DNA from: Octopus vulgaris
Lineage: Eukaryota
Direction: 5' to 3'
NCBI GenBank assembly: GCA_951406725.2
Contig: OX597824.1
Location: 58,032,001-58,096,000, forward strand
DNA: 64,000 nucleotides
The position numbers and the translations under genes are program-made. A model generated the notes under the pieces. It was not told the DNA's origin and did not search any database. It worked only from the letters and a program-made list of their open reading frames with translations. Positions 11,956-26,984 of the stretch are shown piece by piece (the first letter of the stretch is position 1; every line of letters starts with the position of its first letter).

Positions 11956-12759
11956 TACATCAAATCCAAGGTTTTATATTTAATTTTTTTACCCGTGTAA
12001 TTGCCTACCTACTTACGTACATACATACAATTATTATGATCATTGTCTACTCGTACATTGACCAGTCTGTGTGGTCTATGTTCTCAGGTTATTGCCCCAC
12101 TTGTATCAAATATCTGGCATATCACACTGAAATATTCAATGGTTCCCCCAGTCGAATGCAAGACTCTTCTCCGCCATAATGCTTTAATGAATTCAATATC
12201 AAACTGTTACTATTTGATCACGTTTCAGACATACTGCATTTTGAGACGGTATTAAAAAAAAAGATAAGGCCTTTAATTATAACACTGCTCCATAAGAACT
12301 AATGTTGGGTGGAACTATAAAATCAATAACAATTAATCACATGTTTGTCTAATGGTTGAAAGTCACCAGTTTTTGACCAACTTATTGCCGAAAGTCAGTT
12401 AAGTGTTGACTATATTTAACAATCAGGTTGTTAATAAACCGCTACTGCAATGCTGCTTTTACTAATACTACTACAACAGACATTAAATTCATTAATAAGA
12501 TACCACGGTGTAAAAGTAATATGACTATTTTTTTACGGACCGTATTAGTTAAAGAAAGCTGGAGTTGGTGTTTAATGGCAGCAGTGTGTAATATGGCGGT
12601 AGTGGGGAAGCTAGCTTTATTTGTGTTCTTTTTTTTCAACAGTTTCAGAAGCAGTCTTCTCTGTTAAGAGAACACTGCATGGTGTGTGTGTGTCTATGTG
12701 TACGTATATTAGTATGTGTAAGTATATAATTGTATTTATATGTATGCGAATACATACAT

Positions 12760-13272
<513 letters not shown>

Positions 13273-13300
13273 TACATACATATATGTATATGTGTGTGTT

Positions 13301-13358
<58 letters not shown>

Positions 13359-13689
13359 TCAAATGAAATAAAAAGCAGAACACAAAGGATGTCGCGGTAC
13401 ACGTGTTTCAAGTTTTATACAACAACCCATTCTTACATCAATGTATAATCGATATAACAGATGGTTTAAAGGTCCCTTCAGCCGCTTACAATTGCTATAC
13501 CAAAGACTTCCATCACATTATGAAAAAACCGAAAATGTACATTTTGTATCATCCATAATGGTGGGTATATTGAGTTGCACATAGAAAGTATGTTTGTAAA
13601 TCTTCATAATCAAATAGGTATGTAGGGTATCATTGGACATCAAAAATCCGTCCATACTCTATCATCAGTCAACATAGAGTATATATATA

Positions 13690-14340
13690 ACGGGAAGCTT
13701 TATGAAAATAAACAAAAGACGAAGGCAGGTGGAAAACAAACGAACAATTGTATTAGTATGGCGCTCAGGAAATATAAATAAAACAAGTCTTTAACGTTTC
13801 GAGCCTACGCTCTTCAACAGAAAGATACACAGAGAGAGAAAAACACAGAAAGAAGGAGAGAACAAAAATGCGTGCAGTAGCTAACGAATCAACATGGCGA
13901 TCTGATTTCGGCCAGAGGTCAAAGATCAAACATGAGACGCGAGAGCGAAATAAGGGGAGATAATAGGGTTGATAAACGGGTTGAGGGACCAGCTAAAAGT
14001 GCGTGGGAGGGGTCTGGATGTGTGTATGTATAGGGTTGGTGTATGTATTAGTATGTATAAGGGTGTGTGTGTGTGTGTGTGTGTGTGTATGAGAGAGTAT
14101 TAGTGCGTAAGATTGGTCTGGACGTGCGTATGTATGGGGTTGGTGCATGTATTAGTATGTATTAGTATGTATTAGTACGTATTGGTATGTATAGGTGTGT
14201 GTGTGTGTGTGAGAGAGAGTATAAGTGCGTATGCGGGGTCTGGACGTGTGTATGTATAGGGTTGGTGTAAGTATTAGTATGTACTAGTATGTATTAGTAC
14301 GTATTAGTAGGTATTAGTTGGTGTGTGTATTAGTATGGCA
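13690..14340 (-). mobile_element. pLTR-like element with minimal HHR and internal ~110-bp tandem repeats
   Basis: Similar to 11300-11484 and 26985-27140; three GGTCTGGA.GTG..GGGTTGGTG units at 14010-14330; borders a short TA run. Confidence 0.65.
13788..13825 (-). ncRNA. Minimal type I hammerhead-like motif with variant core
   Basis: TCTTT-CTGTTGA-A-GAGC-GTAG-GCTC-GAAAC-GT-T-AAAGA: stems I and II pair, stem III is the loopless palindrome ACGT, and the core has A6>U plus an extra A. Confidence 0.65.
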
Positions 14341-14529
14341 CATCATATGTGATGTGATGTGTAAAGTCATGTGGTGTAGTGAGGAATATATAGTTAATCC
14401 AAACAAGAAAGCACAAAAAAACACAACAATGCGAGGACGTGGTACAAATAGGAGATGGAAAGATAGGAGATGGAAAGATCCAGAGAAGGGAAGACAGAGG
14501 AAAAAAATCGCCAACGGTACACACGCGGT

Positions 14530-14726
14530 CGTTGATCCGATCAACGGAACAGCCTATTAGTGAACGTGCAAGTGGCTGAGATTCAGCGCGACAGTGTGAC
14601 AAAGCTAGCTCTTTGAGTGGACTGGAGCAACGTGTAATAAATGGTTTGCTCAAGGACACAACGCATCGCCGATAATTGGACCCACGACATGCCGATCGTG
14701 AGCCGAATACCTTAACCAGTGAGCTA
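14530..14726 (-). mobile_element. SINE family C (tRNA head plus GTGTCCTTGAGCAA domain)
   Basis: Matches 23330-23600 and 55775-56092. Confidence 0.7.
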
Positions 14727-14793
14727 ATTACCTTCATTATATGCATACATCGTTTTTGTGTTTGGTTCTTTATGGGTATGTATGTATATGCAC

Positions 14794-15068
14794 CGCAGGA
14801 ATGGCTGTGTGGTAAGAAGCTTTCTTCCCAATCACGTGGTTCAGGTTTCAGTCCCACTGCATGGCATTTCGGGAAAGTGTTTCTACTATATCCTTGGGCC
14901 GACCAAAGCCTTTTGTGTGGATTTGATTGGTGGAAACTGAAAGAAGCCCCTCGTATATATATGGGCATATATCTATGTGTATGGGTCTGTGCTTCACCCC
15001 CCCCATCACCACTTGACAATCGGTGTTGGTGTGTTTACGTCTTCCAAATTTGGCGGTTCAGCAAAAGA
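14794..15068 (+). mobile_element. SINE family A, 3'-truncated
   Basis: GGCTGTGTGGTAAGAAGCTT head and body. Confidence 0.8.
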
Positions 15069-15916
15069 TGATACGTGTTGATTTTATTAGATATTTCTGT
15101 TTATTTAGAAACTTACAAGGAAATTAGCTATTTCTTTTTATTTAGAAACCTACAATGAACAGGTCAGACACTAAACTATAAATTTTATAAGGTACAACCT
15201 TTCTGTCTCGCTCTTGGCTAAAAATATCCAGTTTTTTTCGCTTTTTAAACCTCTATGACTTTCTTCTCCAATTTTTTTCTCCACAACATTATAACTTCAG
15301 AGCAATGAGACTGGAAAGCTACATTATTATAGCCGATTTTCATATTTTTTACTTCCTTTTAAAAAGTGCATATTTTGTGAATGAAAACAACTAGATCCTA
15401 TATATGTTTGGACATGTTTATTTAGATATATATAAAAACACACATACACACACACACATACATGTATTAACATGCATATGTAAAGCATGTATAGGCGCAG
15501 GTGTAGCTGTATGACGGTAACTGAAAGAAGCATGCCATACACACAGACAAACAGACAAACACATATATGTATATATATATATGTATGTGCTTTTGTGTTT
15601 ATGTTTTTCTCCACCGCCACCACCACCTCAAAACTGGTGTTGGTTTGTTAACGTTCCCGTCACATAGCGGTTTTGCAACAAAGAGGATAGAATAAGTACC
15701 CGATATATTATATAAAATGTACTGGTGTGAGTTTGTTCGACAAATCTTCAAGGTGGTATCTTTGCAAGGCAGCCATCCAATGACTGAAGCAAGTAAATGA
15801 TGAAAGATTAAATATATATATACATTCGCAAATATATATACATGTATACGCCTACACTCATCATAAGTGTATATGAATATATACACGCACTTCGACCTTC
15901 ATGCACACACGCGTAT

Positions 15917-15964
<48 letters not shown>

Positions 15965-16266
15965 AAATTCACACAACTAATACTGCAGTTTTCCGATACA
16001 GAAAAATATCACGAAAGAAGTACTCAAAATTGTAAAAAATAGAGTTGTTTAAATATGTATACAGCAATAAACTGAAATATTCTGGTTAACATCACAGTCA
16101 ACAGTACCGAATACCACTTAACATAACATTTGATAAAATATCTTCTATTAGGGGGGAAATGTTTCGCTGATACCAAGCTCAATAGTTGTCAAAAAATATT
16201 TCAACGACTGCCACACTCTTACTCACCTCATGTATGTGTGTGTATGTGTACAGATAAATGTATGTA

Positions 16267-16318
<52 letters not shown>

Positions 16319-16604
16319 CTATGGTTGGGCTAGCGCAAATCTCGCAGGAAGTGACGGAACGAATAATCGTTTTGCCATAAACAGGAGAAATAAATATTAC
16401 AGTAAATCAGAAAATACTTCGATAAACTTCGTGCCTCTGTATTTTCCTATTAACCGAATTTCCATCCACTCCAAGTAATAACGCATGACCTTCTATAAAT
16501 ACTGGATTTTATACCCATGTATTTTGGTTTTTCTTGTAGGGATTATATTTTTGTTATATATATAATTTGAGAGAAAGCAAAGGCGTATGCGAATAATAAT
16601 AATT

Positions 16605-16810
16605 CTTTCAAGTATAGGCATAAGGCCTGAAATTTTGGAGGAAGTGACAATCGACCCTAGTACTCGACGGGTACTTACTTTATCGATTCCGAAAGGATGA
16701 AAGGTAAAGTCGAATTCAGTGGACTTTGAACTCAGAACGTGATGACAGACCAAATGCTATCACGTGTTTTGTCCGGCATGCTAACGATTCTGCTTTGTTG
16801 TTGTTGTTGT

Positions 16811-16878
<68 letters not shown>

Positions 16879-17465
16879 GTAATGATGGTAGTAGTAGTGG
16901 TGGTGGTTTCAAATTTTGGTACAAGGCCAGGAATTTCGGGTGAGGGATAGATCGATTTGATCGACCCCAGCGCTCAACGGGTACCTATTTTAACGAAGGA
17001 AGGGCAAAGTCAGCTTCGACGGAATTTGAACTCAGAACGTAATGCCGCTAAGCATTTTGCCCGGCGCGGTAATGATTCTACCAGTTCGCCGCTTACTTAA
17101 AATGGTGGCCAGAATGTCGCCACAGAGAATCGAAATTTGTGCCTCTCAAATTCCCGCTTAGCGCTCAAAACTCTCAACACATTTAGTAGGAGTTACATAT
17201 TTTCATTCAAAACAGTTTTCATTCTGCATGGAGCCTATCCAAACTGTTTTAAATAATGATAATAATGGTTTCAAATTTTGACAGAAGGCGAGCAATTTCG
17301 AGGGAGGGTAAGTCGGTTACATCGACCCCAGTTTCTAACTGGAACTTATTTTTATCCACTTCGAAATGATGAAAGCTAAAACTGACCTCAGCAGGATTAG
17401 ATTTCAGAACTCGAAGGTAATAAAGCAAAGCATTTTCCCAACTCACTAAGAATCCTGCCAATGCA
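16605..17465 (-). mobile_element. Three SINE family B copies separated by trinucleotide tracts
   Basis: Copies at about 16605-16795, 16907-17095 and 17268-17465. Confidence 0.75.
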
Positions 17466-17689
17466 AAGATTAGCCATAACATAGAGATGGCACCATTTCT
17501 TGGTTACGAAAAGAAAACTTGTCAAACATACACACACACATTCCCACCTACTACCGACATATATATGTGTGTGTGTGCGAGTGTGTGTATACACACACAC
17601 GCGCAAACACATACACACACACGTACGCACAAACACATACATAATTAGGGCCTTTTCTTCCGTTTCGTTCTCTTCTGAGTTCAATAATC

Positions 17690-18340
17690 GGGCAGTATCA
17701 TTACTTAGATACTGAGCAGCTTTTGAAGATTGGACAAAAACTGAATTAACAAAGATGGACAGAAGAACTAGGAAGGAATTCGATATGAATGGAAGACTCC
17801 ATCCAAGGGCAGGAGTAACAAGATTATACTTACCTAGAAAGGAAGTTGGAAGAGGGATAATATCAGTAGAAGACTGCATGAGTAGACATAGACTCCTATG
17901 TAGGTAATAGTGAAGTAAGTTTATTAACAGCTGTTAGAATCACAAGAAGTTAACACCTGAAAATTTCTGGTTGCAGAAAGGAAAGCTGAAAAGGAGACAT
18001 AAAGTTTAATAGCAGCACAAGATCAAGCATTAAGAACTAATTGGATAAAAAGCACGATTGACAAAAACCAAGTAGATTCCCAATGTAGGTTAGGCAAATC
18101 AAAAGAGGAAAGTATTACTCATATAGTAAGTGAATGTAGCATGCTGCCACAGAAAGAATACAAGAAAAAACACGACAACCAAGGATGAGTAATCAACTGG
18201 GGGCTATTTAGAAAGCTAAGATTTGAACATACTGATAAAGGTGGCTATAGATTGGACTCAAGAACTAGAAGTAGGAAATGGTCTTGGGTATGTCAAAGTA
18301 ATCTGAGGTTGTGTGTCGGATGCGCGGGATTACTCTAGAT
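17690..18340 (+). pseudogene. Degenerate R4/Dong-type LINE fragment
   Basis: Translates to WTKTELTKMDRRTRK..LHPRAGVTRLYLPRKEVGRGI, then LIAAQDQALRTNW..CRLGKSKEESITHIVSEC..KKHD, with stops and deletions. Confidence 0.85.
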
Positions 18341-18559
18341 GGCTGATTTCCCCCATTAGGAGGGTGATCATTTCTTGCTATTTTGGCGTTGTTATTGTTA
18401 TTTTTTACTGTTTTTATTGCTTTGTTGATCTTTTACTCCTAGTAAATCGCTTATTATTTTTGTTTATTGTTTTATTTTAATATTTCACCTTTTGTAATGT
18501 TTTTGTCCCTTGTGATCAATAAAAGAAACTAATTTTTAAATATTTATCACCATAACAGC

Positions 18560-18920
18560 AGTTGTCATCATGATCACCATAACTACCACCACCATCATCA
18601 TCATCATCATCGTCAACACCATCATCACCGTCATGTTCATCACCATCATCGTCGTTGTCGTCATCATTATCGTTTATCATTATCGCCACCACTACCATCA
18701 ACATCACCATCATTATCATATCATCGTCATCATCGTTGTCATTTTCCTCCTTTTCCTCTGACAGCTCACCATCGTCATCATCACCATCGTCACTACCATC
18801 GTCATAGCCATCATTATTATCATAATCATCGTCGTCACCATCATCGTCATCATCGTCGTCGTCGTCGTCATCATCATCATCACCACCATCATCATCATCA
18901 TCATTATCGTCACCATCTCG
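18560..18920. repeat. Degenerate (CAT/CGT/CAC)n trinucleotide tract
   Basis: Visible low-complexity sequence. Confidence 0.9.
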
Positions 18921-19520
18921 ATAATGGTCGATTGACCTTTCTGCTCCTGATACGTTCCATAGGTGTTGCCCTCATTATAATCTTTCAAAAGACACTATTG
19001 TTATGAATATATCGGATGATTTAACATGTGGAAATTTTCCCCCATTGGGTTTGTTTGATCGTGGCTGTTGCTGTTAATAAGATTTACCATCCTGCGTTTC
19101 ATGGCTGGACATCACGGCGCTTCAAGCTATGCAGGGAGGAAGTGGAGGAGAGTAAGATCAAAAACGATGGAGGTAAAAGTCAGCCGGTAGTAGCAGCCAT
19201 AGAAACAACTTAGTGGAGTGCTCCCCGCTGTTATAATAACAGCAAAAGTAACAGGTAAAAAAAAAGGAATAAAAAAGAAACAAAAAAACGGAGTTTGTTC
19301 ATAGAAACATGTATTTATACAATTGACGGCATCCGTCACTTTCCGACATCAAAATTGTCGACTCTCGAGCACGTCTAATCAAGTGAATCTTTCAGAGCAA
19401 AACACTTTTTTTTTTACAGATCACGCATGGATAAACTATATATATAAGTACAGACATACAGGCAGACACACGCGTGCGTGTATCTGCTGGCACACATTTA
19501 ATAAACCTAAATAGATCTCC

Positions 19521-19601
<81 letters not shown>

Positions 19602-19989
19602 TATATTATCACAGGTCGCGGTTTTAAAGCGACGAAAATATTTTGACACGAATGGAAATTAAATGTTGAAGTGAAACTAACGGTTATTGTGTGTTCTTGA
19701 ACGGCTTACCAATATCTTCCACGCTGCAATTGTTTATATATATCGTGTGTGCTATGGCTAAGCTAGGGAGCTCTGAAGAGCGATCTCGAAAACAGCTAGA
19801 CAAGTTTCGCCTGATTTTGCCCGCGTTTCATGAATGTCTTGCTCCAAACAGGAACTAGTTTAAAGTTGCTTACGAATTTTGATTGCATGATGTACTGGTA
19901 TCTCTGTCTCTCTCTGTCTGTCTCTCTCTCTCTCTCTTCCTTTCTCACACACACAAACACGCACACATACTTACAGGAGTGGCTACAGA

Positions 19990-20222
19990 CACAGGAGTGG
20001 CTGCGCGTTAAGTAGCTTGCTTACCAACTACTTGGTTCCGACTTCAGCCCTGCTTACGTCTCTGTAAACTAGCGATTCGGCAAAAAAACACCGTTAGAAT
20101 AAGGACTAGACTTTGAAAATAAGTACTGGGGTCGATTTGTATCCACTGAAATCTTTCAGGCCGGTGCCCCAAGTATGCCTGCAGTCCAATGAGTGAAAAC
20201 TAGTAAAAGGTAAAAGGTTAAA
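19990..20222 (+). mobile_element. SINE family A with internal deletion
   Basis: CAGGAGTGGCTG..TAAGTAGCTTGC head joined directly to the tail module. Confidence 0.7.
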
Positions 20223-20655
20223 AGTACTACTAAATAGTATAAATCATTTTTGTTCAGAGTTCTACCGTTTCTTTAAATCTTCCTGATTCATTGTCCCCTC
20301 CCCACCTCAAGTGCACCGCTGCCGCCATCGGCGTCCTATAATTATTCTTTACCATATTAAAGACATATGTCTAATTGCTTCAATTCTTCCGATAACAACA
20401 TTAGTTACTTTTTCTCTTTCTTTTGATTTCGTTTGAGAAGAGAAGAGAAACGTTCTTTCTAATGTCTTCCTCACTTGTTACTGCTCATTGTACAACATAA
20501 CCCGCAAAAAGTACACACGCACACAGACACACACACACACACACACGCACACACATGCACGCACACACATGCACGCACACACACACACATTTATATATAA
20601 AACGTCAAAGGTTATATATATAATCTCAAAGGATAGCTCTCTCTCTCTCTCTCTC

Positions 20656-20700
<45 letters not shown>

Positions 20701-21248
20701 ACATATATATATATGTGTATATATATATATACAGGTTGCGCCATAGCACGCCACGGCATGCCACGCCACGCCCACAGAAAGATATCGCTGTCTAAGAAGA
20801 CAGAAAACAAACAAGCCGACACATTATTCCATATTCTTCAGACAGTTTGGGACCAAATTGTACCAATTAAATGATTTCTATCTTTTTTATATTCTTGTTT
20901 CTATTCAGTTATTTTAGAAACCATTTTTAAGATCTCCGTTTTATTTGGTTTAATAGCTACGTGGGGGCAGGAGCGAATGGGTGGTTTTGGTAGTTGTGGC
21001 GGCACTATAGACTGGCTAGGGAGCAGATTAATGATACAGTGGATCAATCTCTCTATAGGGCTTTTGTATAATTTATTTTTTATTTAATTATTGATAACAA
21101 AACTAAAGACCGGAAGAAGTGAAAAATGTCGATCCTTTCTTTGCTTAAGAATCTAAAAGATTTTCAGTTAACTTGTAGGGTCTGTCGAATGTAAAGTGAG
21201 AATATGGCCCACGAGCCGCTTCCGGCAGCATTCAGTTTCACATTATTA

Positions 21249-21330
<82 letters not shown>

Positions 21331-21332
<2 letters not shown>

Positions 21333-21541
21333 GGCGGTGAGCTGGCAGAATCGTTAGCACGTCGGGCGAAATGCTTAGCGTTGTCTTGCCTACCGCTACG
21401 TTTTGACTTCAAATTCCGCCGAGGTCGACTTTACTTTTCATCCTTTCGATAAATTAAGTACCAGTGAAACACTGTGTTCAATGTAATCGACTAGTCCCCC
21501 CACCTGCAAATTTCAGGACTTGTGCCTATGGTAGAAAGGAT
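21331..21541 (+). mobile_element. Full SINE family B copy after long (ATT)n
   Basis: AAGGCGGTGAGCTGGCAGAATCGTTAGC through GTAGAAAGGATT. Confidence 0.88.
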
Positions 21542-21554
21542 TACTATTATCATT

Positions 21555-21842
21555 GAGGACGCATAGGCTAATGGTTAGGCTGTTGCACTCACAATCGCGA
21601 GATCATGATTTCAGATCCTAGATCGAGTGGTGCGTTGTGTTCTTGAGGAAAACACTTCATCTGATACACTTGATACATTTGCAGGTCGTTCGGCAAAAGT
21701 TGAACACTCATACGTCGTCTTCGACGGGAGAGTCTATCATTATTTAAAACAGTTTGATTTCGCTTTCGCCGAATCGCTAAGTTACGGGGATGTAAACACA
21801 CCAACAAGTGGTGGTATGGGACACAGATACAAAGACACCACC

Positions 21843-21907
<65 letters not shown>

Positions 21908-22045
21908 ACGGGCTTCTTTTAGTTTAAATCTGAGAAATCCACTCACAACGCTTTGGTCAGCTCGAGGTTATAAATAGAAGACACTTCCCCAAGGTGCTAC
22001 ATAATGGGACGGAACTCGGAACCATGTGGTTGGGAAGCAAGCTTT
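21555..22045. mobile_element. SINE family C head (+) followed by SINE family A (-)
   Basis: GGCTAATGGTTAGG..GTGTTCTTGAGGAAAACAC, then family A body on the minus strand. Confidence 0.65.
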
Positions 22046-22727
22046 TCATACTTCTTATGATGCCATGATGGACCGTGAAGTCTGGCGTAGCATGGTAAAT
22101 TCCATTGTCTCGACCACGGTCGAACAATTATGATGATTTTCATACAGCCACATCTATATTTATATAGATGTGGCTGTATGAAATGCATAATTATATATAT
22201 ATATATACGTGCGTGTGTGTGCACGCGCGCGCGAGCACACACACCTTGATTCAATGACATCAATCTAATTGTGAACAGGAATAGTTGCCTCACCCTGGCC
22301 CATGAGATATAGTTTATGCTTCAAAAGTCAAACGAGTTTGATACCCGTCGTAGCCAAATAGGGACCTTTTTCGTGGTCGACCAACATGCTAGAAGAAACA
22401 TTCAAATCACGCTCACATCACATCCCATACCATAAAAACAACGCGGATTGAATAATGTTGTCTAGGATACACTATCTGTTCAATGAAGAAGACATGATGG
22501 TCAATCCTGGAAAGCCTTTGATCGTAGCTCTGCTAAATACGAATTAATTTGTGGTTTAACCACAACAACACGATGAAGACTTGGGTCAAATTTTCTTGAG
22601 GTGGCGGGGATTTATCTCCTCACTAGTGATATAAACAAGAGTGTACATCGCGCCAAAAGCCAAAATGAGAGTTTCTCTCATGCTATCTACCGCAATATAG
22701 TTTGTTCTAACAGAACATCTACGTTTA

Positions 22728-23122
22728 ACTCTTTACTCTTTTACTCTTTTACTTGTTTCAGTCACTTGACTGTGTCCATGCTGGAGCACCGCCTTTATAG
22801 TTGAGCAAATCGACCCCAGAGCTTATTCTTTGTAAGCCTAGTACTTATTCTATCGCACCCCTTTTGCCGAAACGCTAAGTTACAGGGACATAAACACACC
22901 AACATCGGTTGTCAAGCGACGTTGGGTGGGGGGACAAACAGGCACACAAACATATACACACACATACATATATATATACATATACGACGGGATTCTTCCA
23001 GTTTCCGCCTACGAATTCTACTCACAAGGCTTTGGTCGACCCGAGGCTATAGTAGAAGATAATTGCCCAAGGTTGAAACCGGAACCATGTGGTTGGTAAG
23101 CAAGCTACTTACCACATAGCCA
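22728..23122 (-). mobile_element. SINE family A
   Basis: Near-complete match to 61161-61557. Confidence 0.88.
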
Positions 23123-23329
23123 ATATTACCTCTTGGTATTAATATTGCCACCGTCGCTATTCGCTATTAAATATTTCTTATATATCCATTATGAAGTAAA
23201 TGTTATATACTCATATACAGGGGTAGAGCTGTTCAATTTCAATCGGCTACATCTTAGTGAATGAGCTAATTTCAGAAACTAATTTATTTTTGTATTGTTG
23301 TTGCTGTTAACTGGTTCTTCTTTAGCTAC

Positions 23330-23600
23330 GACGAAGAGTATTCCAGTTGATCCGATCAACGGAACGCCCTGCTCGTGAAATTAATGTGCAAGTGACTGAG
23401 CATTCCACGTAGTTCTCAGGGAGATTCAGCATAACGCAGTGTAACAAGGCTGCCCCCTTTGAAATACAGGTACCACTAATTTTTGCCAGCTGAGTGGACT
23501 GGAGTGACGTGAAGTAAAATGTCTTGCTCAAGAACACAATGTGCTGCTGTGCATCGAACTTTACGATCGTGAGCCGAATACCTTAACCATAAGCCACACA
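23330..23600 (-). mobile_element. SINE family C
   Basis: GTTGATCCGATCAACGGAAC..GTGGACTGGAG..GCTCAAGAACACAA..CCTTAACCA. Confidence 0.75.
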
Positions 23601-24659
23601 TCTTCACCTGTTGTTAAAATTGTATATAATAAAGTTATTGTGGCACAACTGCTGCCTTTACTGAATGGTCAGTTAATCACTCACTCACACACACATAAAC
23701 ACATACACACACACACAAATATACAAATATACAAATATACAAAACACATACACTCATCTGCGTATCGAGATTGTGTGCCGCTCCGGACCCCTCAAAAAAC
23801 ACATATTGCCCACAACAGACCCAAAAGTGTCGCCCCTACCGCCCCAGCTACGCTAGTGCATACATCCACTCTTCCTCAGGAATAAAACTGACTATATCGC
23901 CACTCTATCGCCATCTCAACTACTTCGCTCAAATGGGTGATACGTTGGTGTTGGTAATAATGATAGTGAGGAAATATAGTGATATGGTAATAGTTTTGCA
24001 GCAACTGTTGCTGCTGGCTGTAGATGGTTTAAAATGTCCAGTTCCAATGCTGTAGGTAGACAGTGTGCTTAAATGACCACCGTCAGTCACTTCTCAGCTG
24101 GAAGTTGACCGTTTGACGCCATCTCAATTCTCTTTCTGGCTACAACCTACCGACTTACCTACACGTTCTACCTACCTTACCTTGGAGTGAGCCAGTGAAA
24201 GGGGGGAAGCGGTGTAGGTATTCAGGCGGCTGGCAAGCAGCAACGGTGGTGACGGTGGAGATGATAGATGAGGGGGTGGCAGTTATATTGATTTATTTAT
24301 TTATGGTTGTTTTGTTGTTGCTTATTTGTTATATTTCTCTCTTTCTCTCTTCTAATTGTCTCAACTGAACGTTGGACGGACGTGACAGAAAAATACATGT
24401 AATGTCACGTGGGTGGTAATGGCTGTGGTGATGCTCGTGATGATGGAGATGGCGATGATGGTGGTGGTGAGGATGGCGGTGATACTGACGATGTTGATAG
24501 TGGTGTTAATGGCACTACCGATCATGGTCATAATGGCGGTGAGGTTGATGGTAGTGATAGTGGTAGTAATGGTATTACTGATGCTGGTGGTAGTGATGTT
24601 GGTGTTTTGGTTGATGGTGGCGGCAGCGGTTTTGGTAATACACACGACGAGTGTTTTGT

Positions 24660-25155
24660 ATTCTTTTTACTTGCTTCAGTCATTTGACTGCGGCCATGCT
24701 GGAGCACTGCCTAAAATGGTGCTAGTCGAAGAAATCGATCCCAGGATTTATTCTTTGTAAGCCTAGTACTTATACTATCGGTCTTCTTTGCTGAACTGCT
24801 AAGTTACGGAGATGTAAATACACCAGCCTATGGTGTCAAGCGATTGCAAGGGGACAAACAGAAACACACACATGCACACACACAAGCACACACACACACA
24901 TACACACACACACACACACACACAAACACTAACTAACTAATACACCTACTTGTTGTTCATACACCTGTTTTTGTCTTATTGTTTTTCTGTAAATTTCAAA
25001 TAGGCGCAGGGGTGGGTGTGTGGGACTTACTAACCACATGGTTCCGGGTTCAGTCCCACTGCGTGGAACATTGGGTAGGTGTCTTCTACTATAGCATCAG
25101 GCCGACCAAAGTCTTGCGAGTGGATTTGGTAGACGGAAATTGAATGAAGCCCGTC

Positions 25156-25211
<56 letters not shown>

Positions 25212-25905
25212 TTGTGTGTTTCTGTGTGTGTGTGCTTGTGTCTGTGTTTGTTCTCCCACTATCGCTTGACAACCGATGTTGATTTACGTCCCTATAAACT
25301 AGCGGTTCGACAAAAGATACTGATAGAATAAGTACCAGACTTACAAAGAATAAGTCTCGGGATCAATTTCGTCGACTAAAGGTGATGCTCCAGCATGGCT
25401 GCAGTCAAATGACTAAAACAAGTAATAGAATATGTAAATATCACTTTCAGGTGTTTTAATAATAAACGCTTTGAGAGAGTAATCTCCATCGCACCCGACC
25501 AGCGAACAAGCGAAGTATAAACATTGTATATTTGTGTTCCACAAGTTTACATTTGCGCTGCTTCGAAGTGTATTGGCTTTGAGGTAAGAAGTTTGCTTCC
25601 TTACGAAATGTTACTGGGTTTAGGTCCCACTGCGTGGCACTCTGGTCAAGTGTCTTCTACTATAACCTCGGGCCAACCAAAGCAGATTTGGTAGAGGGAA
25701 ACTGAAAGATATTTATGTGTCTTTGTGTCTGTGTTTGTCCCCCAGCTATCGCTTGACAACCGATGTTCGGCAAAAGACACCGATAGAATAAGTACTAAGT
25801 TTATAAAGAATAAGTCCTGGGGGCGATTTTTTCGACCAAAATTATCATTAAGGTGGTGTTCCAGCATGGCCGCAATCCAATGACTGAAACAAGTAAAAGA
25901 ATTAA
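24660..25905. mobile_element. Cluster of SINE family A copies (tail - 24660-24870; full + 25003-25430; + 25580-25905)
   Basis: Diagnostic head, body and tail motifs. Confidence 0.85.
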
Positions 25906-26938
25906 AAAAAAAGAAGAGAATATATAAGCGAAGTCTGGAGGAAGGAGAAGTGCCCACAACCCTCTAAGCTGTCTCCAAGCCCGGTGGGATGGATGATGTT
26001 TTCCCGCCAACACTTGCAAGGGCGGTGTCCTAGAAAAGAAAGACTGGGCTCACGATGACTGTGATGAGAGTAGAGAAGGAGAAGGGTTGACGAGTGAGTT
26101 AGTGGTACCCGGACGGAGGTGGTAGAAGACAAGAACCTATACTACATTACAGTAGCAGTAGGTAAGAGCCTCAAGGTTCTTGTCTCTGGGATGTTTTTAT
26201 TTATGGTAGCCAGTGAAACGGTATTTCTTTGGATCCCACTTGAAATTGTGTGTGTGTGTTGTAGCAGCACCATCCCAGATCTTGGAGCTACTGTCCTACT
26301 TTGTAGGTCTTACTTAAGCTTCTTGTTGCTCTCAGCGATGTGTGGTAGCAGTTGGTGTTGTTTAGCCACCAAGTCAACCCTACTTGAGTAAATGAGTAAC
26401 CAAAAGCGTTCCATCATTGACCATCCTGTTTTTATATACTAGGGTGGGGGTGATTTAAGGAAGTTCTGGCTTTTTTTACCAGCAAGTCTTGCAATTGCGT
26501 AGTGATTCCCCCGCTATTTTTGTGTCGTAGGTCGTAGTGGAGTTGGTTATATTGGTGGAGACGATCACGTTGACAGAAAGCAGTGACCGTAAATGATACG
26601 ATATAAATGGAGAACAGATGAGAAACATATCTGTTTAACAATGATGATGATAATCATCATAATCATGATAAAGTATCTGATTACATAACTTAGTCGCTAA
26701 TGACCCTAGTTTCTAACAACAGAAGCACTGACAGAAATTCGTGTTTGCCTAAACAGAACACAGACGTGAGAAACTCGGAGTAATGATGGGTTAGTAATCA
26801 GCTTTTTCGGATGAATTACACACACACACACACACACACACATTTTAAGTTTCACCTGTAAGCACACGGGATCATACATACATACATACATACAATCATA
26901 CATACATACATACATACATACATACATACATACATACA

Positions 26939-26972
<34 letters not shown>

Positions 26973-26984
26973 CATACATACATA

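Noticed and set aside
13600-13680. Minus-strand CTGATGA followed by a hairpin
   Set aside because: No GAAA, stem III or cleavage triplet follows.
14010-14330. Regularly spaced repeats as a CRISPR-like array
   Set aside because: Spacers are similar microsatellite sequence, context is eukaryotic and no cas genes are present.
14330-15071. 229-aa and 131-aa ORFs
   Set aside because: Run through SINE A, SINE C and pLTR fragments; chance open frames.
19768-19800. AGCT-CTGAAGA-GCGATCTC-GAAA-AC-AGCT hammerhead look-alike
   Set aside because: Stem III and the UH cleavage site cannot form.
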